Below are positions 52,450 to 62,030 of a stretch of DNA of 64,000 nt, one piece after another. How positions within the stretch are numbered: the stretch's first letter is position 1; the number at the start of each line of letters is the position of its first letter. Made by a program: the position numbers and the translations under genes. The notes below the pieces were generated by a model, which worked only from the letters and a program-made list of their open reading frames with translations, had not been told where the DNA came from and made no database searches. Source of the stretch: Actinomycetota bacterium (GTDB taxonomy: Bacteria > Actinomycetota > Acidimicrobiia > Acidimicrobiales > Ilumatobacteraceae); contig JBEGRF010000051.1 of the NCBI GenBank assembly GCA_041180605.1, positions 36,421 to 100,420 on the forward strand, written 5' to 3'.

Positions 52450-53169
52450 TCAGCCGTCGAATCGAAACAGCCGGGCGGCTGCGGCGGGGGCGACGATCGC
52501 CCAGGCAACCAACACGAGTAGCGCTCGCTCGTCGAGCGCCGCGCCGCTCGCCGCGTCATGCAGTACCCGCGCCAACGACCCCGACGGCAACCACTGCGAT
52601 ACCGCGGCAAGTCCGTCCGGCAACTCCTCGGTCGGCACGAGCACGCCACCGACCGCGAGCAGCAACAGATACAGCGCATTCTGTGCTGCGAGGTTCACCT
52701 CGGCGCGCAGTCGACCAGCCATGCACAACCCGACACCGGCGAACGCGAATGTGCCCAGAACCACGGCGAGCAGGAGCGACATCCACGAGACGCTGGTCGT
52801 CGACCAGCCCATGCCGACGGCAAGTGTGACCAGCAAGACGCCTTGCACTGCTTCGATCACCGCGACCGCACCCGCTTTTGCGATGATGAGCCGATTTCGC
52901 CCGAGCGGAGTCGCACCGAGCCGCTTCAAGACATGGTACGAACGTTCGAAACCGGTCGAAATCCCGGTACTCACCATTGCGGTCGACATCACGGCGAGAG
53001 CTATCACTGAAGCGAGCAGCCTCGTCAGGTCGCTGCTCTCTGGAAGCACGTCGACGTTACCGAAGAACACCAGCACTCCGAGCGGAATCACGAGCACCAG
53101 CAACAGCTGCTCATAATTGCGGAGGAGAGTCGTCAGCTCCATGCGCATCTGTACGAGCGCGAGTCTCAT
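52450..53169 (-). CDS. ABC-2 type transporter permease
   Basis: 239 aa, 6 TM. ATGA overlap with the upstream ATPase gene. Confidence 0.82.
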   Translation of the reverse strand: MRLALVQMRMELTTLLRNYEQLLLVLVIPLGVLVFFGNVDVLPESSDLTRLLASVIALAVMSTAMVSTGISTGFERSYHVLKRLGATPLGRNRLIIAKAGAVAVIEAVQGVLLVTLAVGMGWSTTSVSWMSLLLAVVLGTFAFAGVGLCMAGRLRAEVNLAAQNALYLLLLAVGGVLVPTEELPDGLAAVSQWLPSGSLARVLHDAASGAALDERALLVLVAWAIVAPAAAARLFRFDG

Positions 53170-53882
53170 CGCGTCACCTCACGAACGACGTCTTCGAGTC
53201 GTTTACCGCCCGCGCAGAGGGCCGTCATTGCGGCGTCGGTGACGACCTTGCCGTGGTGCAGCACGACTGCGTGGTCGGCGACGCGCTCGGCTTCGTCGAG
53301 GTCGTGCGTGGCGAGCACGACACAAGTACCTCTGGCAGACAATTCGGCGATGATTTCTCGGACGACCTCGCGCCCGTCGAGGTCCATTCCTGCAGTCGGC
53401 TCGTCGAGAAACGCGACTTCCGGGTCGGCAGCAAGCGCGAGAGCCAACGACACCCGTTGGCGTTCGCCGCCCGACAACCGTCGCCACGAGGCATTTCGCA
53501 ACGCTGCAAGACCGAGTCGATCGACGAGGCGCGCTGCGTCGACGCCCCGGTCATAGAGCCTGCAGTAGTGGCGAATCAACGACTCGACCCGCGCTGACGG
53601 AGCGATGCCACCGTCTTGCAACATCACGCCCACGCGGGCACGAATCGATGCCGGCAGGTCACGCGCCGAGACCCCGAGCACGAGGGCGTCACCACTCGTC
53701 ATGCGGCGCAGGCCCTCGCATGCCTCGATCGTGGAGGTTTTGCCCGCTCCGTTGCGTCCGAGCACCGCGGTGACCGTGCCGCTGTGCGCCACGAACGAGA
53801 CCGAGTCGACTGCGACGGAGTCTCCGTAACGGATGGTCAGCGAGCGAACGTCAAGCGCAGGCTTCGAGTGCGACTGACTCAT
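53166..53882 (-). CDS. ABC transporter ATP-binding protein
   Basis: ATG 53882 (MSQSHSKPALDVRSL). Walker A GRNGAGKTST, signature LSGGERQRV, Walker B VAFLDEPTAGMD. The longer ORF to 54446 is antisense to serS. Confidence 0.9.
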   Translation of the reverse strand: MSQSHSKPALDVRSLTIRYGDSVAVDSVSFVAHSGTVTAVLGRNGAGKTSTIEACEGLRRMTSGDALVLGVSARDLPASIRARVGVMLQDGGIAPSARVESLIRHYCRLYDRGVDAARLVDRLGLAALRNASWRRLSGGERQRVSLALALAADPEVAFLDEPTAGMDLDGREVVREIIAELSARGTCVVLATHDLDEAERVADHAVVLHHGKVVTDAAMTALCAGGKRLEDVVREVTR

Positions 53883-53940
53883 CTCCAACACAGTAGACAG
53901 CGATTCATCGCAACATGCTGCAGCACTAGCCTGCATCGTT

Positions 53941-55227
53941 GTGATTGACGTCCGGTTGCTGCGATCGCAACCCGATGCGGTGCGCGAGGCGCTCGGGCGT
54001 CGTGCCAAGCCGGAACTTCTCGAGCATCTCGACCACGCCCTGCGACTGGATGCGAGGCTGCGGGACATCACCGTCGAGAGGGACTCGATCCGCGCAAAAA
54101 TCAACGAGATTTCCAAGCAAGTCGGCGCACTGCGCCGCGAAAAGAAAGACTCCGAATCGCTCATGATCGAGAGCCGCAGGTTAGGGGAGAACGAGAAACT
54201 TCTCGACGAAGAATCCCTCCAGGTGGAATCAGTGCTGCACGACCTCTTGCTACGGATCCCAAACATTCCGCATCCCGCCGTGTCGCTCGGGACGAGCAGT
54301 GACGACAACAAGGTGGTGCGCGGCCCCTCGCAGATGCCAGCAACGTTCGCCGAGTACCAGCGCGTACCGCACTGGGACGCCGCGACTGCGCTCGGCATCC
54401 TCGATTCCGAGCGAGCGGTGAAGATCTCTGGCGCGATGTTCACCATGCAGAGAGGCCTTGGCGCGACCCTCGCGCGAGCGTTGTGCCAATACGCCCTCGA
54501 CCGCCATGCCGATGCCTACGAAGAAATCCGGCCGCCGTCTCTCGTCACCACTGCGACGCTCACGGTGACGGGGCAGTTGCCCAAGTTCGCCGACGATGCA
54601 TACAACATCGGCCGCGACGATTTGTGGTGCATTCCGACCGCCGAAGCGCCGCTCACGTCGCTGCACGCAGGCGAGATCATCGACGAATCTGCCTTGCCGT
54701 TGCGATACATGGCGTTTTCGCCGTGCTTCCGCCGTGAGTCTGGCGCCGCTGGTCGTGACACGCGCGGCATGCTCCGAAGCCACGAATTCGACAAAGTCGA
54801 GATCCTGGCCGTCACCACCCCGGAGCAAGCACCAGCGATGCTCGATGAATTCGTCGAGCGTGCTGTCGGGACCATTGCCGATCTCGGCTTGCCGTACCGA
54901 GTACTCGAGATCTGCACGGGTGACCTCGGACAGAGCCACCATCGCAGTTTCGACGTCGAGGTCTATGCACCCGGATGCGACCAGTGGCTCGAAGTCAGCT
55001 CGGTGAGCTGGTTCAGCGACTACCAAGCCCGACGAGGCGACATCCGGCTCCGTCGCGAAGGCAAGAAAGGCACCGAGTTCGCGCACACTCTGAACGGCTC
55101 GGCACTCGCCGTTCCGCGCGTGTGGTCAGCGATCGTCGAGAACTTCCGAAACGCCGACGGATCCGTCAGCATCCCCGCGGTGTTGCACCCGTACATGCGC
55201 GGCGCAACGGTCATCCGCCCCCGATGA
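53941..55227 (+). CDS. serS: Serine--tRNA ligase
   Basis: 428 aa. N-terminal coiled coil MIDVRLLRSQPDAV..., class II motifs ...IPTAEAPLTSLH..., FRRESGAAGRDTRGMLRSHEFDKVE, GSALAVPR. Confidence 0.95.
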   Translation: MIDVRLLRSQPDAVREALGRRAKPELLEHLDHALRLDARLRDITVERDSIRAKINEISKQVGALRREKKDSESLMIESRRLGENEKLLDEESLQVESVLHDLLLRIPNIPHPAVSLGTSSDDNKVVRGPSQMPATFAEYQRVPHWDAATALGILDSERAVKISGAMFTMQRGLGATLARALCQYALDRHADAYEEIRPPSLVTTATLTVTGQLPKFADDAYNIGRDDLWCIPTAEAPLTSLHAGEIIDESALPLRYMAFSPCFRRESGAAGRDTRGMLRSHEFDKVEILAVTTPEQAPAMLDEFVERAVGTIADLGLPYRVLEICTGDLGQSHHRSFDVEVYAPGCDQWLEVSSVSWFSDYQARRGDIRLRREGKKGTEFAHTLNGSALAVPRVWSAIVENFRNADGSVSIPAVLHPYMRGATVIRPR

Positions 55228-55859
55228 GCCTTCGCGACAGGCGCGTCCAATACGAGACCGCCGGACTCGACCGCGGTGATCTTCGGGAAGATCCTCTTGC
55301 CCAATTTGATGCGTGGTATGAGGAAGCTGCGTCGGCAGGTGTGGTGGAACCGAACGCCTTCACTCTCGCGACCGTCGACGACGGTGGTCGCGCGAATGCG
55401 CGCGTCGTGCTCGCTCGAGGAGCCGATGCTCGTGGCATCGTCTTCTACACCAACTACGCGAGCGCCAAGAGCCTCGAGGTTGCTGCCGCACCGTCGGTGG
55501 CAGCGACGTTTGCCTGGCTCGAACTCCACCGCCAGGTTCGCCTGCGCGGCGAAGTGCAGCGTCTCAGCGAGAAGGAAAGTGACGAGTACTTCGCGTCCCG
55601 TCCCCGCGAATCACAACTCGGTGCTTGGGCGTCGCCGCAGTCTGAGGTCATCGAAGGTCGTGAAGTTCTCGATTCGCGGTTGCACGACGTGCGTGCACGG
55701 TTCGGGGACGGTCCGGTTCCTCGACCTTCACATTGGGGAGGCTGGTTGATTGCTCCTTATCAGTGGGAGTTTTGGCAAGGCCGCCCGAGTCGGCTGCACG
55801 ACAGGTTCCGCTATTCGCGAGTCACGAACGGTTGGAAGATCGAGCGACTCGCTCCGTAG
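55224..55859 (+). CDS. pdxH: Pyridoxamine 5'-phosphate oxidase
   Basis: ATG 55224 overlaps the serS stop (ATGA). ...EPNAFTLATVDDGGRANARVVLARG..., SRPRESQLGAWAS, WEFWQGRPSRLHDRF. Confidence 0.92.
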   Translation: MSLRDRRVQYETAGLDRGDLREDPLAQFDAWYEEAASAGVVEPNAFTLATVDDGGRANARVVLARGADARGIVFYTNYASAKSLEVAAAPSVAATFAWLELHRQVRLRGEVQRLSEKESDEYFASRPRESQLGAWASPQSEVIEGREVLDSRLHDVRARFGDGPVPRPSHWGGWLIAPYQWEFWQGRPSRLHDRFRYSRVTNGWKIERLAP

Positions 55860-56457
55860 TGGGCGACCACGAGGCAGCCGCATCGACGAGGCCGTCAATC
55901 AATGCATTGGTGTGCGGCGTGAGGTGCGGACCTTCCCAGTCCCACCACAGCGGGCTCGTCCCGCGAACGCGAGGCGGCAACTCGAGCTGCACGCCGCCCT
56001 GGCGAACCGCGTTCACCGGGTTCAGTGGGTGAAGTCCGCGAAGTTCTTTCGGGATCTTCTCGATGTCGTCCTCCACGCGATAGGCGGGGAGCACGCGGCG
56101 CAGGTGCGGGGCGACGTGCGCGGCGAGCGTACGGTTGGTGCCGCCGAGCAGCATCGTCGTGAACAGGCCTCGGCGTCCGTAGCCGTGCACCGTGATGACG
56201 ACGTCCACATGCTGCAAGAACGCAGCGAGCACGCTTGACTGGTCGGCAGTAAAGCGGTGCGACGGTACGTGTTGACGCAATCCGGCCGGCTGGTGGACTC
56301 CGTAATACGACGCTTCGGCACGTTCCGCCGCGATCCGAGCGATCACATCCGTGCGTTCTTCGAGCGAACCGCCGTGAAACGCCATGAATCCGAATCGTCC
56401 GCGCAACTCGGAGACCTCTTCGACGCCCGCATGGCCCAACAGGTCGCGCAGGTTCAT
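55822..56457 (-). CDS. Poly-gamma-glutamate hydrolase family (DUF867/PghP-like) protein
   Basis: ATG 56457 (MNLRDLLGHAGVEEVSELRGRFGFMAFHGGSLEERTD...VVITVHGYGRRG) overlaps the ccdA stop as ATGA. The 262-codon N-terminal ORF extension is antisense to or overlaps ccdA and was rejected. Confidence 0.78.
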   Translation of the reverse strand: MNLRDLLGHAGVEEVSELRGRFGFMAFHGGSLEERTDVIARIAAERAEASYYGVHQPAGLRQHVPSHRFTADQSSVLAAFLQHVDVVITVHGYGRRGLFTTMLLGGTNRTLAAHVAPHLRRVLPAYRVEDDIEKIPKELRGLHPLNPVNAVRQGGVQLELPPRVRGTSPLWWDWEGPHLTPHTNALIDGLVDAAASWSPTTERVARSSNRS

Positions 56458-57311
56458 GCGCCGGTTCTCGCGATGTTGCTTCGTCGGCGTCGAAGCAGCA
56501 CGCCTGCGCCCGCGAGTACGATGACGAACACCGAGAGCAATTTGATCGATCCGATCGTCGTGACGCCTTCGGCCAGCGCGCTTTGCCAGTCGCCGACGAT
56601 GTTGACGAGACCGCCTGGTTCCGAACGCTGGATGATGGCTACGTACCAGTACCACGTGAGGTAGATGCCGCTCGTCACCACCAGCAGGCTCGAGACGACG
56701 TTGATGACGCGCATTACGGATCGGCCGGCACGCAACAGAGCGCCTTTGGTAAACGCCAGTGAGACGGTAAGCGCAGTGACGAAGAGCCCCATACCAAGCC
56801 CGTAAAGGGCGATACTGAGCACGCCCGATACCACACCATGGCGGCTGAAACTTCCGAGGATCGCGGTGGTGAGCAAGCCGATGGTGCAGCCGATCGATGC
56901 AATCGCATAGACCACCCCGAACAGCATCATGTGCGAGAAGCCGCGGCGAGCGCTGCCACCCGTGAACGACGGAACCCAGAACCTCGGCCGCCAACCCGTG
57001 AGCATGCGAGCACCCAGACCGACGAGGGCAATACCGATGACGAGCGCCGGATACTTGGCGTTTGCTTCGAGCCAACCAGTGAACAGACGCGAAACGGTGC
57101 CGACGATCACGAAGACGCTGACGAATCCAGCCGATACCGATGCCCCGACGACGAGAGAACGTGCGACGCGTGAACTGGTGTCGGTGTCCTCTCCGACCGC
57201 GAGGTATGCCGTCAGATACGTGGGGAGCAACACGAAGCCGCATGGGTTGACGGTGGCCAGCATCCCGAGCAGCAACGAGTAGGCGAACTCACCTTCGACG
57301 AAACCGTTCAC
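56454..57311 (-). CDS. ccdA: Cytochrome c biogenesis thiol-reductant transporter CcdA/DsbD family
   Basis: GTG 57311 overlaps the tlpA-like stop (GTGA). LLLGMLATVNPCGFVLLPTYL and a second Cys in YAIASIGCTIGLL. Polytopic. Confidence 0.87.
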   Translation of the reverse strand: MNGFVEGEFAYSLLLGMLATVNPCGFVLLPTYLTAYLAVGEDTDTSSRVARSLVVGASVSAGFVSVFVIVGTVSRLFTGWLEANAKYPALVIGIALVGLGARMLTGWRPRFWVPSFTGGSARRGFSHMMLFGVVYAIASIGCTIGLLTTAILGSFSRHGVVSGVLSIALYGLGMGLFVTALTVSLAFTKGALLRAGRSVMRVINVVSSLLVVTSGIYLTWYWYVAIIQRSEPGGLVNIVGDWQSALAEGVTTIGSIKLLSVFVIVLAGAGVLLRRRRSNIARTGA

Positions 57312-57865
57312 GAAGGGAACACCTCGGCAATCGCCTCCCGCAATATCGAGTCGCTTACTTCGCCGGTGATCTGCCGGCGTACGACGCCCCCCGCATCGAT
57401 CAGCAACGTGACTGGGGCCGTCGCGACACCCATCGCGCTCGTCAACCGACCGTCCCGGTCGAAGAAGATCTCGAATCTGGCCCCGAATGCTGCCGCGAAC
57501 GCCGTCGCCCGCTCTGGCGTGTCGTTGAGATTCACGCCGACGAATCGCAGGTGCTGGTATTGCTCGTCGGCATCGACCAAGACAGGGAACTCCCGTCGGC
57601 ATGGTTCGCAGGTGGAGAACCAGAAGTTGATGACGAGCGGTCCGCCGAGCAATGTGTCGGTCGAAACGAGGTTGCCGGACGAGTCTTCGAGGTCGACCGT
57701 TGCCAACATCGCACCCTCCGAGAGCTTGTTCAAGGCGATGCTGCTCATCGTCGCATCAAGCACGAAACGCTCGTCATCGTCTCTGGCCGTCCACCATCCG
57801 ACGGCGACTGACAACACGACTGCTGCAGCAATCGATTGCGCCAACAATCGTCTTCTTAGCCGCAC
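57308..57865 (-). CDS. TlpA/ResA-like membrane-anchored thiol:disulfide oxidoreductase
   Basis: 185 aa. N-terminal anchor LLAQSIAAAVVLSVAVGWW. Thioredoxin-fold motif NFWFSTCEPCRREFP. Confidence 0.87.
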   Translation of the reverse strand: MRLRRRLLAQSIAAAVVLSVAVGWWTARDDDERFVLDATMSSIALNKLSEGAMLATVDLEDSSGNLVSTDTLLGGPLVINFWFSTCEPCRREFPVLVDADEQYQHLRFVGVNLNDTPERATAFAAAFGARFEIFFDRDGRLTSAMGVATAPVTLLIDAGGVVRRQITGEVSDSILREAIAEVFPS

Positions 57866-57880
57866 GCAGCGAGGCTACCG

Positions 57881-58681
57881 ATGACCGTCACCTTCGGTAG
57901 CGTCTTCGCCGTGTCGCACATGCAACACGCGTCTGCTCCCGCGCCGTTTCCGCATTCCGGTCGCACCTACGAATGTCGAAGAACCGTTCGTCTCGGCGAC
58001 GTGACTCCAAAGGGCAGACTGCGGCTCGACGCGACTGCTCGCTATCTGCAAGATATCGCGACTGACGACGCGCTCGACGGCGGCTATGACGATCCCCATG
58101 GTTGGGTGGTGCGTCGGACGGAGATGTGGGTCGACCACTTCCCGAAATATCTCGATGCGATCAAACTCACTACCTGGTGCGGAGGCGTGGGTTCGCACTG
58201 GGCGGAGCGTCGAACGAGGATCGAGGTCATCAATGATCACACCACACGACCCGCGATCGAGGCGGCTGCGCTCTGGGTGCGTGTCGACCTGAAAACGCTG
58301 AAGCCCCTGCCACTCACTGAACGCTTCCGAAATTTGATCGGCGAAGCGGCGAACGGCCGAAAGATCTCTGCGCGCCTCCTCGTCGGGCGCGACCTGCCTG
58401 AAGAGGCGGTCGGCAAGCCTGGTTTCGATATGCCTTTGCGTTTCTCCGACTTCGACGCGGTGGGGCACCTCAACAATGCCGTGTATTGGGAGGCACTCGA
58501 GGAGTACCTCGCTTCGCACCGAGAGAAGCGGGCACCGTTGCACGCGACAGTCGAGCACCATGCGTCCGTCGATCCAGGGGCGGACGTCCACGTACAGGTG
58601 CACGAGTCGAACGAAAGAACCGTGCTTCGACTCGTTGCGCGCGAAACGACGGCCTCGCTGATCCAGCTCGTCACGGCGTAG
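57881..58681 (+). CDS. Acyl-ACP thioesterase family protein
   Basis: 266 aa. ...RLDATARYLQDIATDDA...GWVVRRTEMWV...LTTWCGGVGSHWAERRTRI...AAALWVRVD. The start may instead be ATG 57920, because 57881 leaves only 15 bp to the divergent gene. Confidence 0.78.
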   Translation: MTVTFGSVFAVSHMQHASAPAPFPHSGRTYECRRTVRLGDVTPKGRLRLDATARYLQDIATDDALDGGYDDPHGWVVRRTEMWVDHFPKYLDAIKLTTWCGGVGSHWAERRTRIEVINDHTTRPAIEAAALWVRVDLKTLKPLPLTERFRNLIGEAANGRKISARLLVGRDLPEEAVGKPGFDMPLRFSDFDAVGHLNNAVYWEALEEYLASHREKRAPLHATVEHHASVDPGADVHVQVHESNERTVLRLVARETTASLIQLVTA

Positions 58682-58752
58682 CCGGCTTGAACGCGTTCCA
58701 CGGAATCATCGTTTCGGCATCATTCGTCGCGAGTTGGCTCGAGTTTCCGAGC

Positions 58753-59793
58753 ATGTCCGAGGCGACTCTCTTCTTGCTCGGCTGGCTCGCCGGATGGTTC
58801 GTGTTCATCCGTGCACGGTCGCTCGCTGCTGCGCAGTCGCCACGATTCGCGTCAGTGAGCATCATCGTGCCATGCCGCAACGAAGCGGAGAACCTCACGT
58901 TTCTGCTCCCGACCCTGCGGTCGGCGATGGATGGCAATGACGAGATCATCGTCGTCGATGACGAATCCACCGACGAGACGGTGGCTGTCGCTGAGCGACA
59001 CGGCGTCATCGTAGTGCGCGCAGGCGCCCTTCCTGACGGGTGGACAGGCAAGTCCCATGCGTGCTTCGTGGGTGCGCAACGAGCGACGCGAGACGTGCTG
59101 CTCTTTGTCGACGCTGACGTACGTGTCGGTGGTCGAGCAGTCGGCGATCTCTTGGCGGTGCTCGAGCAGCATCCCGATGCGGTCGTCAGTGCGATGCCGT
59201 GGCACCGCACCGTCGGCGCCATCGAGCGTCTGAGCATGTTGTTCAACTCGGTATCGGCCATGGTCGCGACGAGCGCGGCTGGCCGTGGCACCGGCCACGT
59301 GGCGTACGGGCCGTTTCTTGCGGTACGTCGAGACCAATACGTGCGAGTCGGCGGCCACTCCCACGTCGACGTACGCGGATCGGTGGTCGATGATCTGGCA
59401 CTCGCCGGAGTGTTGCCCCATTCAGTGGCGACGATCGCGCACCAACACCAAGTCGAATATCGCATGTATCCGCGAGGAATACGTCAACTGTGGGAAGGCT
59501 GGACGAAGAACACTGCGACGGGGGCGCTCTCGGTGCCGAGATGGGTCACGCTGCTCATCGTCGCATGGATCGTCTCACTCTGCGGCGGACCGCTCGCGTC
59601 AGTCTGGTGCTACGCCTTCTCTGCGATTCAGGTCGCGGTAGTCGTGCGCCGCGTCGGCAACTTCGGGGTGCTGAGCGCTGCGCTGTATCCGTTGCATGCC
59701 GCATTCTTCGTCATTGTCGCGGTACGAAGTCTCGTGCAATCAGTGTTGGTCGGCCGCGTTGAGTGGCGCGGCCGCACCATCGCCACTCGGTGA
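58753..59793 (+). CDS. Membrane-bound family-2 glycosyltransferase (CrtQ/diapolycopene-glycosyltransferase-like architecture)
   Basis: ATG 58753. N-terminal TM, then VSIIVPCRNEAENL, IIVVDDESTDET, LLFVDADV, and C-terminal TM helices. Confidence 0.8.
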   Translation: MSEATLFLLGWLAGWFVFIRARSLAAAQSPRFASVSIIVPCRNEAENLTFLLPTLRSAMDGNDEIIVVDDESTDETVAVAERHGVIVVRAGALPDGWTGKSHACFVGAQRATRDVLLFVDADVRVGGRAVGDLLAVLEQHPDAVVSAMPWHRTVGAIERLSMLFNSVSAMVATSAAGRGTGHVAYGPFLAVRRDQYVRVGGHSHVDVRGSVVDDLALAGVLPHSVATIAHQHQVEYRMYPRGIRQLWEGWTKNTATGALSVPRWVTLLIVAWIVSLCGGPLASVWCYAFSAIQVAVVVRRVGNFGVLSAALYPLHAAFFVIVAVRSLVQSVLVGRVEWRGRTIATR

Positions 59794-60324
59794 CGGCACG
59801 AAGAACGACTGGCGATAGAACGCCAGTTCCTTCACGCTCTCGCGAATGTCGTTGAGCGCACGGTGGGTGCCGACCTTGGGCGGGCGCGAAACACTTGCCG
59901 CGGGATACCAGCGCTTCGCGAGCTCTTTTACGCTCGACACATCGACACTGCGGTAGTGGAGGTGGTTCTCGATCTCGGGCAGGTACGCGGCAAGGAATCG
60001 CCGATCTGTACCGATGGAGTTGCCGCACAACGGCACGGAACGGGGTTCAGGTACGTGTTTCTTGATGAATTCGAGCGTCGCAGCCCCGGCCTCGCGGAGC
60101 GTCGTGCGCGATTCGCGAATCGCGGTGAGCAACCCGGAATCAGTGTGCATTTTCACGACGATCGGCTCCATCCGCGAGAGCACGTCGTCAGGTTGGTGGA
60201 TGACGAGATCTGGTCCTTCGGCGACGACATTCAGGTCGTCATCGGTGATGAGCGAAGCAATCTCCACGATCACGTCGACTGCCGGATCCAGCCCGGTCAT
60301 CTCGAGATCCATCCAGACGAGCAC
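59740..60324 (-). CDS. orn: Oligoribonuclease
   Basis: 194 aa. [13 protein letters not shown] (DEDDh), [22 protein letters not shown]. Confidence 0.93.
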   Translation of the reverse strand: MLVWMDLEMTGLDPAVDVIVEIASLITDDDLNVVAEGPDLVIHQPDDVLSRMEPIVVKMHTDSGLLTAIRESRTTLREAGAATLEFIKKHVPEPRSVPLCGNSIGTDRRFLAAYLPEIENHLHYRSVDVSSVKELAKRWYPAASVSRPPKVGTHRALNDIRESVKELAFYRQSFFVPSPSGDGAAAPLNAADQH

Positions 60325-60358
60325 CTCACAACCCTACGGCGCGTCGTATCGTCGTGAG

Positions 60359-60802
60359 GTGCCTTCACCGCTCGTCGTCCCCGTTCGCAGGCTTGACACT
60401 GACCTTCCGCTTCCCTCGCGAGCGCATCCGGACGACGCGGGCCTCGATTTGTACGCGCGCGTCGACGCAGTCTTGCCATCCGACGGCGGACGCATGCTCG
60501 TGCCGACCGGTGTCGCCGTGGCGATCCCGCGCGGATACATGGGCATGGTCGTTCCGCGCAGCGGACTCGCATTGAAGCACGGCATCTCGCTCGTCAACAC
60601 GCCCGGAATCATCGACGCCGCCTATCGCGGCGAATTGCAGGTGATCATGATCAACCACGACCCAACGAACGACTACCGAGTGTCGCGCGGAGACCGGATC
60701 GCCCAGTTGATCGTGCAAGCGATTGCACACGTCGAGTGGTCGGTTGTCGAGCAACTCGATGACAACGATCGCGGCGGAGGGTTCGGCCACAGCGGCCGTT
60801 GA
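60359..60802 (+). CDS. dut: dUTP diphosphatase
   Basis: GTG 60359 ([31 protein letters not shown]). [33 protein letters not shown]. The upstream part of ORF 60014 is antisense to orn. Confidence 0.9.
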   Translation: MPSPLVVPVRRLDTDLPLPSRAHPDDAGLDLYARVDAVLPSDGGRMLVPTGVAVAIPRGYMGMVVPRSGLALKHGISLVNTPGIIDAAYRGELQVIMINHDPTNDYRVSRGDRIAQLIVQAIAHVEWSVVEQLDDNDRGGGFGHSGR

Positions 60803-60805
60803 GGA

Positions 60806-62023
60806 TTACTGCTTCGTCGGGCCGTGGCTGCTCGTCACACCGTCACGTTCGAGTCGTTCGATGCTGGCGTCGTCAAAGCCGAGCAGCTCGCGCAGCACCT
60901 TCGCGTTGTCTTCGCCGCGGTACTTCGGGACACCGGTGATGCGCACGTCGGCATCACTGAACTTCCAGGGACTCTGCGGGATGCGAACCGAGCCTCCTGC
61001 ACGGTCTGACACCTCCGTGATCGCACCGCGGTGCTCCGCCCAGTCGGTGCGTGAGATGTCGGCGACGCTGCGCAGACGACCGGTAGCGAGGTTGTGCTTC
61101 TCGAAGATACGTTCGATTTCGTCGGCGTCGGGCACCGAGCGCGCCCACTCCGCGAGAATCCCGTTGAACTCGCGCAGATTCGCCAACCGTGAAGGTACGT
61201 CGATGAAGCGCGGATCTTTCAGGAGGTCTCTGCGTCCCATCGCGCTGCAGAACCACTCGAAGTTCGTCTTCGAAGCAGGGTGCCCGCTCACCACGACGAT
61301 GCTGCCGTCGGCGGTGGTGAGAACGGGATAATCCGCGGGTTGGAACGAGCGGATCCAATCTGCTGGCACGTCACCTTCCCACAACTGGTCGTGGGCGTGC
61401 TCATTGACGTACAGCAACGTCTCTGCCATGGACACGTCGATGAACTGCCCGCGGCCAGTGCGTTCGCGCTGCAGCAACGCAGCGAGGATCCCCGCGGCGG
61501 TCTCCATGCCTGTGTAGACGTCGCCGTGACTGAACGGGTCGTTCGCGTACGCCCCGCCGCGCACGTCGCCTTGGTGCTTGGTAATACCGGCTTCGGCATT
61601 CACGACCGGTGCGTAGGCACGTCGGTCGACCCACGGGCCGGTCGCTCCGTATCCGCTTATCGAGGCATACACGAGGCGCGGGTTCGCAGCCGCGAGCCGT
61701 TCGTAGCCGAGTCCAAGACGCGACATCACTCCCGGTCGAAAGTTCTCGATCAACACGTCGCTCACGGCGGCGAGACGCTGCGCGATGTCGACTCCTCGGT
61801 CGTCGTCGAGGTTGAGCGACACGTTCAACTTCCCGACGTTCTGCTGGATGAAATACGTCGCCAACGAATTCAAACGAGGCTGGCCGAACCGCGTGAGGTC
61901 GCCGACCGGTGGCTCGACTTTGATGACCTCCGCGCCGAGATCACAGAGCATCCGTGTGGCGTGCGGCCCGGCGAGCACCCGCGTGAAATCGAGCACGCGG
62001 ATGCCGTCGAGCGGGCGGGGCAT
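60806..62023 (-). CDS. CoA transferase family III (CaiB/BaiF)
   Basis: 405 aa. LDGIRVLDFTRVLAGPHATRMLCDLGAEVIKVE, ...DVLIENFRPGVMSRLGLGYE. Confidence 0.88.
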   Translation of the reverse strand: MPRPLDGIRVLDFTRVLAGPHATRMLCDLGAEVIKVEPPVGDLTRFGQPRLNSLATYFIQQNVGKLNVSLNLDDDRGVDIAQRLAAVSDVLIENFRPGVMSRLGLGYERLAAANPRLVYASISGYGATGPWVDRRAYAPVVNAEAGITKHQGDVRGGAYANDPFSHGDVYTGMETAAGILAALLQRERTGRGQFIDVSMAETLLYVNEHAHDQLWEGDVPADWIRSFQPADYPVLTTADGSIVVVSGHPASKTNFEWFCSAMGRRDLLKDPRFIDVPSRLANLREFNGILAEWARSVPDADEIERIFEKHNLATGRLRSVADISRTDWAEHRGAITEVSDRAGGSVRIPQSPWKFSDADVRITGVPKYRGEDNAKVLRELLGFDDASIERLERDGVTSSHGPTKQ

Positions 62024-62030
62024 TTATCGC

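Noticed and set aside
51720-52829. 369-aa + strand ORF and other Arg-rich alternative frames over ctaG and the ABC permease.
   Set aside because: It is an out-of-frame overlap with ctaG and antisense to the permease. Its extreme Arg/Pro/Ala content marks it as a frame artefact.
56458-57243. N-terminal 262 codons of ORF 55822..57243.
   Set aside because: This part overlaps ccdA in another frame and is Arg-rich. The DUF867 homology begins at the internal ATG 56457, which forms an ATGA junction with the ccdA stop.
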